DNA from: Paraphysomonas bandaiensis
Lineage: Eukaryota; Protista; Chrysophyceae
Assembly: GCA_965644295.1 (NCBI GenBank)
Contig: CBFFRP010000007.1
Coordinates: 1-32,485 of the forward strand
Direction: 5' to 3'
DNA: 32,485 nt
Every line of letters begins with the position of its first letter. Position 1 is the first letter of the stretch. Below the pieces are notes generated by a model that did not search any database, was not told where the DNA came from, and was given only the letters and a program-made list of their open reading frames with translations. The position numbers and the translations under genes are program-made. This document shows positions 9,456-21,463 of the stretch, piece by piece.

Positions 9456-11453
9456 ATGTATGCCAAGCATGATGCGGAGTCATCCAGTTACTCTGCAGAC
9501 ACTGAAGATGAAGAACTACACCAACGCAATCCCTTGAAGGATAATTCATATGAAAGTTCTAAAAATTGTTCAGGCCGATCACTCTCTCAAATTCGAGACA
9601 TGCTAAGTGTTATATCTGAGGGAGGCTTCAAAGTTGGCCCTAATTATGAACTCGGCTCAACTGGTTGGCGAACTATGTGGGCTGCAGCTGTGAACGCTAT
9701 GGGCGGAAAAAAGTATAGAACCACAGATTCCTTACCTTCAGTGCAACAATCAAATGCTCATTCTCACCAACATCAGCGATCTGGTGAAAGTAAGGCTGTA
9801 AGTAAAGTTTCGCTACCTTCAATTTCGCCAAGTGTATCGTGCTACAGTAGTTCGAAGTCGGCTGGGAGGCAAACCCATGGCGAAACGATATCCGATGCAG
9901 TTAGCGTGTTATCAAAGGAAAAGCAAGTGTACTTACTTCAGGTGCTGAGCAAAATGGAATCTGATCTTGACAGAAGTGACAGAGTGAATCCCATTGGGTT
10001 AAACAAGCCCTTGAAGAAAAAAGCTGTTGCCAATATTAAGTATGCCTTTGAAAATAAAGTGAAGTATGGGCATGTTGGATCGGTGCTAAGTGAAGTTTCG
10101 AGGACATTGCGAAAAATTGGTATTGCATTGGAGGCCCCAATGCTGAAACAGAAATGTGTAGAGATGATAGGGGTGAGTGTTTGACATCATATTTATTGTC
10201 ACGTGTGATTTTGTGAAAATAATTAGAGGGGAAAAGTAGAGCGCCTTGGACCAACTGCACTCCGTGAAAGGTTAGCCTCGGAGCTTAAAGTCACACTAAC
10301 TACTCATGAAGTGGCCTTACTGATGAAGAAGTTTGATTTTGAGAACAGGGGATCTGTAAACATCGGTAGGGTGCATATTCTTATAATTGATATGGTTAAC
10401 TGTTTTCTGTATGCTTTTGTAGCGGATGTATTTGGGAATGCTATTCTCATTACGAAGAAAAGATTTAACGGGTCGAAAGTCCAACACAGTGATGATATTT
10501 GTGAATCCGTTGGAAATAAGAAGTGCACCAAAGGAAAAGGAAAGCGGAAACAACTCGATGCAATGGATGCTGTCCTGCAAAAGCTGTCAGACGCAGCTGT
10601 GGAGTCGCTGAAAGGTGGTGGTCGACATGTTCGGTTTCTTCTGAACGGAAACTCTAAAACAAGTTGCATTGAATTCAGACACATGTTACGGAATCTGAAT
10701 GTGGGTGCGGGTTCTTTGACTGTGCGTGAGGAGAAGTTGTTGGAGAGGCGTTATCTTGATGCTCCGAGTGGTTTAATAAATTTATCCGCGTTTGTTCAAG
10801 AGTTCAAAGCACTGGGAGCCAAACGCTTGAGACATCACGGTAATGCTAAAGGTGAGATGCTGCAGTCAAGCGGAAGTAGCAGTTACCTTTCTACCGACGA
10901 AAAAGGAGCCACTGGCTCTGAACCAGAGCGTATAATACACAAGTTTACTCTTCAGCCTGGGATTGTCCCAGTTAGTGCAGACAGAACAATTGGAAAGGAT
11001 CACAATGCTAGCGCTGCATTCACACCCCTAAATGACATCAGAGACCCTCTTGCAGAGAATGAATCAGCAACCAATGTTATACATCCTGAAGCTACCAAAC
11101 ACGCTGAAAGTGATGTCAATCTACCAATTGATTGTAGTGACGATAATAGGAAAAGTAGTTCATATACCCTCGGAGAACGCGAAAAGTGTTCTTCTCCTAT
11201 TACTTCACCACCTGTTCTTTGCGAGCCTTTCAGCTACCGTGATGAGTGTTGCAATGCAATTGAAACTGGTAGAAGCGCCGGTGATCAAAGTATGACCGCT
11301 TCGGTTTTAGAAGCCTTAAGTGATGCGGAAGATTTGCCGCACAACAATCAGAGTGACGACTGCACAGAGCAAGTTAGATTAGTACAGAGTGACGCCAATG
11401 ACGATAAGAGTTACGCGTCGGAGTTCTTCGATGAATATGATGAGTCTGCTTAA
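9456..11453 (+). CDS. Uncharacterised protein with degenerate EF-hand-like motifs and low-complexity termini (probably 3 exons)
   Basis: Long ORFs 9219-10184 and 10311-11453 are joined by short introns (~10173-10226 and ~10365-10422). EF-hand-like segments LMKKFDFENRGSVNIADVF and RYLDAPSGLINLSAFVQEF. Start placed at the ATG at 9456. Confidence 0.65.
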
Positions 11454-14400
11454 CTTGTGGCTAATATTTTCTTGCTGATATATGTGCGTGATGTGCCTAA
11501 GAAGTTAGAAAGAAATTCTAGGATGTCTGTTTATGGATCTTATGATTAGTGTGTAGTGTGCGTTTCCGTATCGAATTATAAGTATCGCCTATATAGACTA
11601 GAGATATTTGTGGAATGTGTACAAAATGGACCGTTGGTCACATTTCGTAATATGTATAAATTCGCAGATTAAAGTAGCTGTAAGATACTAGTTGTTGGTT
11701 GTACATTAAGTTTTCGATATGAACTCGTAGTAGGCGTTAATAGCACTTACTTTTAATTATGTAATATATTTATCTTAAAAAGTGAGTTTTACCTGAATTG
11801 GGTTAAATAGAACGTTCATATTAGCACAGGGAAATAAAGATATTCAACTTCAATATTCGGTTTGAAGAGAATCTGTATTATATCTTACATGAGATATTGG
11901 CAGTTATTTGAAAGTGACTTTATCATAATAAACAATTTTAGGGAACGCACAATGATGAGTCAGCTTTCAAATCAGATCGTCGAACACCCTAATGTCGATA
12001 CTATTGATTAGTAGTGAATGTCTGATTATCAGAAATAGGCATGTAAGTGTCAGAAGTAATGTAGCAAAACAATTTAACTAACTAGTGCTTAACTCTGACA
12101 TTTGACATCCTAGTTGTGATACCAGAGTCTCTAACCCTGGCTCATCTAAACCAAACGGTGTGCCCACAGCTCTGATTTTTGATCTGTGTCACGAGAAGGA
12201 TCATATCTTTCTAACAATATATCTCCATGCAGAATCCTGCCCTCAACCTTAGTTTCCTCAATAATAATATCATATACAGTATAAATATACAACTACTGGC
12301 CATAAAAGCTACAATCAACTTCCAACATTAAGAAATTAGTATTTACTTCCTACGATTCCCAGGCCAAAGGAAGGCCCAGAAGAATGACCTTTACCCATCA
12401 TATACATAATGTAATTTACCAATAGATCAGTCTGATCACAACTGACTCATCACCAATGTAAAAGGGAATATATACATTCAGTATTTCATACATCTAGTTT
12501 AAAATGATCCAGCCTTGTGTATCATTATAATATTCTGTAAATATCTCAATCATAGTTCTCATCATTATTTCTTAATTGCTAGTCTTCATCATATACATCT
12601 GTTATCTCATTATTGTTTGTTTCTATTATATCATCTCATGTATCAAAATAGTAAGTCAATAGCACATCATTTATCATAATATTATTCAGTAGATTTTGAT
12701 TTATATATAGGGTTAATAATAATAATTGTATCATTTCAAACATATATTATGTACAAATATAAGCATATACGATAGCTCGTTTTGCCCTCGTTTCAAAGTA
12801 TTGAGCGTAGGACAATATACGTGCCTTTTACAACCTGTGGTAAATATATAACTATATAACACTTGAGAGCTAGAAATAAATCCATATTGACTCTACCTAA
12901 TTCCTCATACAAAATTCTAGAAACAGTTTCCAGCTATCAAATAGCCATATCTTCATTCTTGAAATACCCGTATACAGCACACATCATTCTACAGCATCAT
13001 TTAAAGTTTGGGTGTTTTGCGCGCGGGAAGATATGTTATAGCTTTCTTATAACTCGTGATTAAATATAACTGTATGATTAATTGGTGAACATCAGTTTTT
13101 GTTGAATGGATTGGAAAATAGATGCTCACCGTATTTTATAACTGCTATATATGTGAGGAACTTAGTGAAAACAAAATTAATATGACTTCATTGACAGAAA
13201 TATTCAGTAAGCTCAAGGTTGAAATACTTGAGTGAAGTTTCCAACACCGGCAACCTAAGTACAGCCACGGTATTACCTATAACAAGATATATCTATAAAT
13301 GAACTATAACAAGTGTAAAAGTCATCACTTAAACAATTGGTTTTAATTTAAATTGCGTATCATGTCGTCGAAAATATAGAATTTGATATATCTATACGTT
13401 TTACACTACCTATCATCGCATATATACAGTAGGATGAAACTACAATATAATTACGTACTTCAATGTATTTTAAGCAGCGCATGTTGTCGTGAATGTCTTA
13501 CTATTAGCAATAGCCGTTGAAGAGTCAGAGCTAACTACTGCTAAATTAAAACAACATCTCATTTACTTAGATTTACTTATTTACATATCTCATGGAGAAA
13601 TTCAGGCAGTCGATTCTTAGGTATAATGCAGGCTTATCACTTATTCTTGATGTGGATGCTGGAAATATGAATGGTTGTCTCTTGCTCGAAGAAGAACACA
13701 TAATCGAAATGAAGTCAAGGAGAGAGGTGTGAGAGTGAATAACATATATGTCAGATACGGACATGAGGATGGTTTAAAGCTTGAAAGTAATTGACTGGAC
13801 GTTGAATTCACTCAACATTCGTGGTATTATTCATTTCCATTCAATATTTCTATTTCGCCACCACTACCAATTAATAACTTACTATTTTAGACACGATCTC
13901 TTACAGAGAATATACTTCGTATCTTTCACAAATCGAATTTATATTATTTAATTAAATTCTTATAATACTATTTTCAACTATTGTATACTTCAAGTAACGA
14001 ATATATAGTATACAACTTCTAATTGGGAAATATTATTCAATCTCGTCAAATTGGCGGAAATACCTAGCCACACAAATTTTTGTGTATATACCTAGTCAAA
14101 GTAATAAATGATTCAGCCTTGTTATAAATTGTACTCGCCTATAACTTACTGCGTATTATGATAGCACAATTGTCACACAGCAGCAATAATAGGCAAAACT
14201 TCAATAACATATGCAAATTATATTGCAGAGTGTACGTGGTACTACGAGAGTCCATCACACTTGTTGGCAGCCTTGAATTTGCTTCTGTTTATACTAATTT
14301 ATGTGGCATAGGTTGTACGAACAGCATAAGCACATACACTACATACGGTGTAGACGTGTAGACCAAGTACGACGTTGACTAAGCGCTCCCACCTCCTCAA

Positions 14401-15377
14401 AATACTCAGGTTAAATTATAATCATGTGTGAGCCTACACAAAATTATATTGTGTAGTATGAGCTTACTTGGCGTCAATAACACATACACTGGGAGTGGCA
14501 GATGCGATATCCACAGTGGCAGACACTTTGTGGCAACTGTCACCTTTTTAAACCAACATATTGAATTTGGTGCGGAATGTAAACCAGATTCACCCTATCA
14601 CAGCCGTGAAACTAGAATGGAGTCCGCTGAACTGAGAGGAGAAAAATATAAATGAGAAACACGAGTCTGTTCAAGCAATGAAAGATAACTTGTCAAATGA
14701 TGTGGCAGCATACTACCATGAAATGTGTCATTGCTGCATTGTATGTACTTCTATCATTTATCTTCCAAACCATTTAGGAGTCGTCGAACGAATAGTAAGA
14801 TTCCATAATGTAATAGCTTATACTCAGAGTTCACCCATATGGCCACAAAGCCGTTGCTAACTTGTGTGTGACTAATAAACAGAATAAATATGAATTGGAG
14901 TGTTTACAAATGGTTAAGCATCTCATAGAGCAATTTCCTACACATCATACACAATGGAATCCTTTGAATATCTGTGTAGTCGTATACGCATTGCTCGTAT
15001 ATAAGCCACTTCTACCCGGCCTCCCCTTAACACACCTGAATGAAATTGGTGGCAGATCAAAATTACAATGTAGTCGAGTGTGATGTGGGTATATTCATTT
15101 CCGGTATTACTATATCTAGATTACGATCTAGATAGCGCGCATATCTATACATCTACCAAACACAGCACAAACAAACACAAATACAGTAAACTACAACATG
15201 TACAGTACCTCTATATAGTGTACTGCTCGACTTGAGGTATTGTCGTATACCATATACGACAATGAGGTATTGTATATATACTGTATACGTATTTGGCAGA
15301 GTGACAATTACCTCCTCATTGCTGCCGCTTAATGTTTGGTTTGGAAACTACCAAGTGAAACTGCGTAGGATTAGATA

Positions 15378-16069
15378 ATGCTCGCGTTACTTGTTTTTGC
15401 TCTATCCCTTGCCAGGTTTGTCCACTCACACCCTATTTTCCCTCTTCAAATTCAAGCGGATGTTGAGATCACAGCTCACTTGATTCCACCGGACTCTGAT
15501 TATCCTCCGAGGGTTCGTCGAATGAAAATATTCTATGATTATGTAAATAAGCGTGCACGAGCTGACATTGAAGCGGGCTATGAGGCTGAAAAGACATATA
15601 TACGTCTGTATAACGACAAGAAGGAATATATGGTCCGCGGTCCACCGATAAACGACTGCTCTAGAGCATATCTAGGTAATCGCTGGGCAAATATATATAT
15701 GTGGTATTAATATGTGCGCTGGTAGGTGAAAAAATGCCATTTCCTGACCTGGGAGATTCGTCTCTGGAAGGCACGATCTATATCAGGGGTATATTTTGTG
15801 ACCACTTTCTTCAGCGCTTTTACGATACAACTGTTCGATTTTACATGGACCATGAAACAGGAATTCCTGTACGGCTAACTGTTTTGTCTTACGACAATGA
15901 AGGTTCTACAGAAGTGGAAGTGCTTTCGTATGACTATTTCGATGTTGAAGTTGGTGAACCTGATGCGAGGTACTTTCAGCTCCCTGATGAGTACGAGCAC
16001 TCAACATGTGCGAATCAAATAGGGGGGTTCCCATACTTGCATGTATTTCACTATTTTGTCCGGTTCTGA
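15378..16069 (+). CDS. Secreted ependymin-related (EPDR/LolA-fold-like) protein, 2 exons
   Basis: Signal-peptide-like MLALLVFALSLARFVHS. A 50-nt intron (15676-15725) joins the two ORFs in frame. FYDYVNKRARAD and EPDARYFQLPDEYEHSTC resemble the ependymin-family YDxxNxRxR and PDxxxFxxPxxC motifs. Gene confident, family moderate. Confidence 0.65.
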
Positions 16070-17040
16070 GCTGTATTATTTAATGAAATATTAGTAATTT
16101 CTATACTTCCCGTCGACTGTACTCGAATTAGAAATGAGGAATATTGGAAGTTGTAAATATATCTCATCTTTTATTAGTATCATTGCATGGAGAGTATAGC
16201 TTTTCGGTATATAAATTATGAATGGGCTCCGTTGAATTCATGAGTTACGATCTGGAAGATATAGTTGTAAATTAGCTGATTCAGCCCTCGCATGCATTTA
16301 GTCAAACATCAGTTTCATATCATATTTACATTTGACATGACTAATATAATTGTAGTTTTAGTTAGTACTCAATATACAAATTAATATACACACCATCAAA
16401 TCGATAGTAAAAAGGGATGCTGGGAGCATGTATATTTGCAGAATAATACTCCGTTGCTTACTATTAGTAGTAGCATGACAGCAAATTGTGCATGCAAAGG
16501 CAATTAATACGGTTTTTGAGAGTAATACTGAACAAAATAACTAGCGATAGTACGCCTATAACCAATGAATTACTTAGTTAAGCTGGAGTGCTGGAGTAGG
16601 CATTCTCTAACATCATTCATAGAAATTTATGATTTAAGTGCAGTGGGTGGTAGATGATGGAATAGATATAGAGAGAGTTCTTTTCATTTTCGTCCACGGA
16701 GCAAGGACGGTGATGATGATAAAATTCGTGGCAGATATTAATGAAACTACACCAAAGCAGTACGTACATACATAGTACATATATACTGAAGCTGCATTAA
16801 ATTGTAATTAATGCAACACACTCATTGCAGGTGGTACAGTAATGCCCTTTTGCAACGCACTATCCGAATAATAAACCTTACCCACAAAAGCAGAACAAAC
16901 AGAATGAGTACAACTCGAAAATAGATAATTTCTTCAGATATTATTACAAATCCAAAACAACAGTAAGTTGATACACTTTCGTTACATTTTGCAGGAAACA
17001 TACTGATAGCGTAATGTGACCAACTTACACTGGATCACGT

Positions 17041-17742
17041 TCAGGATTTTCCAGAGTTGTCAGCTTGACGGACAAGCCACTGTACAACTTCATCAATATT
17101 GGTGTTCCGTAAAGCAGAGCATGGAATAATTATCCACGGGTTGTCCACAATATAATCCAAGTTTAGTTCTTTGATCAACTGTGGCTCAGTTGCATGCGGT
17201 TCTAGATCAATTTTGTTGGCCACAACAAGAAGCGGGGTTGAGGTTAACTCTCTAATTAATAGTCTGAAAATATAAATATAGCAATGAATTTCTAACGTAC
17301 CTGTCCTCCAAAAGTCTGTGTAGCTCTATCTTTACATCTGGAAGAATCTCCATGGCGTGAGCATCGACAACAAATATTATCACATTACATCCGCGAGTAT
17401 ATCTTCCCCACTCAGCCCGATATTGAGATTGTCCTCCAAGGTCCCTGGAAAACAGAAACACATCACACCGAAATAAGTCAGTGATTCAAGAATTAACATA
17501 CCAGCACTTCATTTGCACGCCCCCGCGTTTCACCATTTTAACATTGAGCCCAATTGTGGGAGCAGTCTCTACTGGAGTCCCATCAGACAGCACTTGTAGT
17601 AGAGTTGTTTTCCCACTATAGTATGATTTACATGAAACTTTTTGCAACACAACATTCACTACCTATTCTCCAATCCCACTAGCACAACTTCAAGCTTTTT
17701 CGTGAATAGGACATTTAACAATTTTCTGAAGACGTTGCCCAT
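17041..17742 (-). CDS. ARF-family small GTPase, Arl8-related (possibly Arl18), 4 exons
   Basis: Exons 17742-17663, 17615-17502, 17444-17301, 17251-17041. Motifs GLENSGKTT, PTIGLN, WDLGGQ, NKID, CSA; N-terminal MG. Confidence 0.92.
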
Positions 17743-20700
17743 TTAAGCAACAGTACAGAGATAACGTTACTATTAATAATCTCTAAATATAAGTCGTGAA
17801 TGTGATTAAATTACAACACCATAAACATGTATGTGTCTGTGATATATGCATTCCTTTCTCTGTTTTGGTATTTATGTGTGTATTTTTTACTCTAGAACTG
17901 AAAAGGATCTGCAATAATGTAGGTCTACACACTGAAGTGGTACGAAGTAGTAAATATCTGGTACTGTATTCAGAATTCCGTATACAGTACCTATACCAGT
18001 CGTATATACCGGTAAAGTGTACTCTGCAGCAGATAAAAAAATATAACACCACAACTATTCACAACATCTACCAATACAATCAGAGACACACCTACCATCA
18101 TTAGAAGGAGTATGTCAACATTATCTATACAGTGATTGAAGAGTTGAGAGGGTGTGAGGGGGTCACGTATCATCTCTGTGTTTTGGATTCTGTGCCGGTC
18201 AGTATTGTCCAACGAGAGGTCAGTATCAGGTCATATATTCTCTAGAAATTTGGAAAGTGCCCAAATAACATGTCATAGCGATGGATGGAGGGCATTGATA
18301 TATATCAACCAAATTAATTAGATTTAGGTGCGCCGCTGCCGTCCGTAGAAATTATGTGGATATGCTACCTTGCCACCAGCCGAGTCAGCTTATCAGTGCC
18401 GGACCCTACCTATCGAGTGGAAGATAAGCGATATATATTTGGTAGAAAGAGCTTTGGCACGTTCTGGGCTTCCTTGTGCATTGTATAATGATTAATATTG
18501 CAAATGCCCTTACTAGCTTGTTTGTTGCAGGCACCCCATGTTAGGGTGCTGTAGAATCACAGCAAGCAGTGTTCACTCATGTCATATATGTAGGATACCT
18601 AATATATTTCAATCATTCAGCTTTGTTGGGGTCTTGTTACATCCTCAATGCAATTGTTGCCATTCTTGTCGATTTAAATGGGCTTTAAGGCGAGTGCAGC
18701 TGATGATTAGTGAATGTCTGTACATGTCTAGTCTTTGGTGGCTATTTCCAAGACTATGTCCCGAACTGCCTTTTTATGTACTTTACATGCACATATATGT
18801 GCGCGTTTCCCTTCTGCCTTCGTAATGAATTCCTACAATGCTACATATAAGCGTTAGTGTTCGTATATTAGTATTAATGACCTCATTTATGAGAATATGT
18901 CGCTAACCTGTGCGTTTGTGTGTGTATGCATATATATACGCGCATTCTGAATATGTGTATATCTGTGTGTTGACACATAGATGTTAATAATAATATGATA
19001 ACATCGTTATATCGTAGGCTAATTTGTATAAGTACTAGTCATAGTAAAGTAGTTATATATGCAGATCTTAAATACAACGATTGGCAGTATGCATTTACAA
19101 GAAATAGATGTATAACGTATAAGTTTGTTTATCACACAAGTGTTTAATTCTAAACTATGAAAGAGTACAGTAGCTGATTTTATTGACAGAAATAGTGTAC
19201 GATTTCATTAGAAAAGACTTGAGAAATAGATGACAAAACTGAACAAGACTATCACTCTATGCTCAGATTATAAATTAGTAAAAATAATTATTATCGCTCA
19301 CTTGTCATTCACTGTCCACCGCCGAATTCATGATATTTCAATTACCAATCATTTTCACACCATATTATGCAGTCAATATATTTCACTTTCACTACTATGT
19401 TAGCTATCAAGGCATTAGTTATCATAATACAGTTACAAAGCGGAAAACAATAGACAATTCCTGCCTATAAATTATTGTAGCGCTAGCAGTGCTTCGCTAC
19501 AGATAGTTGGGAATATGTGCGAAACATACAACTTCAAGAAAGCACTAACAACACAAAAAGTATTAGATAAAAAGCACAAAGAGTATGAAGTCAAAGCTAT
19601 GCGACATTTAAAGAACAGCTTCACTACTCATCAGAAATATAACACTTACTGTGAGCACAAACAAGATTAAAAACTAGCAACATCCAAAAACGAAACATTA
19701 TGACTTAGTACATTTACAAATAGAAGAAAATTCCTATCCTGTGATGAAGCTGAATGTCGACAAGAGCCCTCTCGCGATGAATTCCAAAGAACTTTGGATG
19801 ATAAAATATCACGATTTGCAATAATAAACACTAAACAAAGAGTTAAGGGCAGGGTATACATGAAGTTGATTTGCTTCATATTCCGTTTTTTACAAAAAAG
19901 CACTCAGTAAGAGTGGGATCCTTTGAAACTCATCTATCCCGAAAATATAATGGAGTGACATGCCGTTCTTCAGAGTCATGCTAAACACAATTGTGTGTGT
20001 CATAGCATACACACAGCATTCGTTATGTGATGTACATAAATGTTATGATGATATGCCTACTAGAACCCTCGTGGGAATACAATATTCGCATTCACCATCA
20101 CATTTATTACAAAGTCAATACCTCGTAATTGCTATTCCTACAGTGTTCTTCTGTGGTAGTGGAACATTACAATTTGAGGGCTCATTGAGTTTTTGAGTTA
20201 ACCAAGTGCAATTGTCATTCCCTGAAATATGTAGATACCCGTATACATATAAGAAAGTCTATTATTACATGAGCCCGTATACAGTACACATTGTCCTGAA
20301 GAATACGAATGTGTACTAACGTCCGTTACGTCCTAGCATTCCTGTCCCATATGTGGCCGTAATACACATACATATCATCTGACCTAGCTGGAACACTAGC
20401 TATTTTCTACTTACCTACGCCTTCTTGCGTTTATTCTTGTACCATAAGGGCCCATTAGACTACCCATTTTTTCTACTTATCAATTGAAGTGTGCATGAAA
20501 TATACATATTATTGTTCTTCATTCAACTCCGCCGTATTATTAGCAGAATTCTGAGAAATATAACATGGGTACGACCTTCCATGTACATTCTGTCATCTGA
20601 TATGGCATTGACATTAAGTAGACGTTTACGCAGCATGTAGTCCTATATTGCTACATAAGTTACACTCTCATGCATAAATAATATCGTAATGTCAGAAGTG

Positions 20701-21463
20701 TGCATACATACCCATCTACTCCACATCAATCAATTTTTTACCAGTTTGAGATTATTGAATTTTTGGACATCCCATAAAAAAACAAGTCATATGAGAACTT
20801 CTGTGGTGCGTAATGTGTCATTTAGACGAAAATACACATAACAAGCAGCCAAATTTGTGAACATGCCTCCAACAGCGTGCTTCATATTTAAGATAAGTAG
20901 ATTTAAAGTTGGGCAACTAAATGTTGTATTTTGTGATTATAGAATTATAACTATTGGAAGAGAATACAGTAGTTGGAAATAGTCGTATGGTATGAGATTG
21001 ATGAAGAAGAAGTGTGACGAAATACGGTAGCTGAACTTATATTGATTGAAGGTTGTAACTTATTGATCAGTGATAATGAAACTAGTCAATGTAGCAAGTT
21101 GCCTTGATTGATGAGAAATATTGATCACAATTCCAATTGAGTGTTGTGTTCACAGGGTTTGAGTAGTTTCCTTCAAGTGTCAAAAAGTCATTTAGAGTAC
21201 CGTGTGGTTGACATATAGTGCTGAGTGATAGGCGCATTGAATTTGTCGAATACATTTAAGGTTTTGAATTGGACAAACTAGAATTTTTTTAGTGAAATTA
21301 TGCAACTGCAATAGTATGACTTCACGTCAACCCAGCACAACTGAATTTTGTGATACACAAGAACCACCACTACTATTGTGATCCTATTTCTATGTACAAA
21401 GTGTAGAACGTTCATGCTGCAACAACGATAATACACTACACAGATTAAAAATAATGTTGCGCA

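Noticed and set aside
11454-15100. Long AT-rich gap with short ORFs and a TGGTATCA on the minus strand near 12117-12124
   Set aside because: No coherent spliced gene, terminal repeats or recognisable motifs; the PBS-like match is only 8 nt.
16793-16815. 8-bp inverted repeat TGCATTAA...TTAATGCA between convergent genes
   Set aside because: Short and AT-rich, compatible with chance; bacterial-type terminators are not relevant here.
18100-21400. Short ORFs, a GC-richer patch (~18320-18480) and an imperfect hairpin (~19477-19500)
   Set aside because: Could not assemble a gene or transposon ends; evidence too weak without a search.
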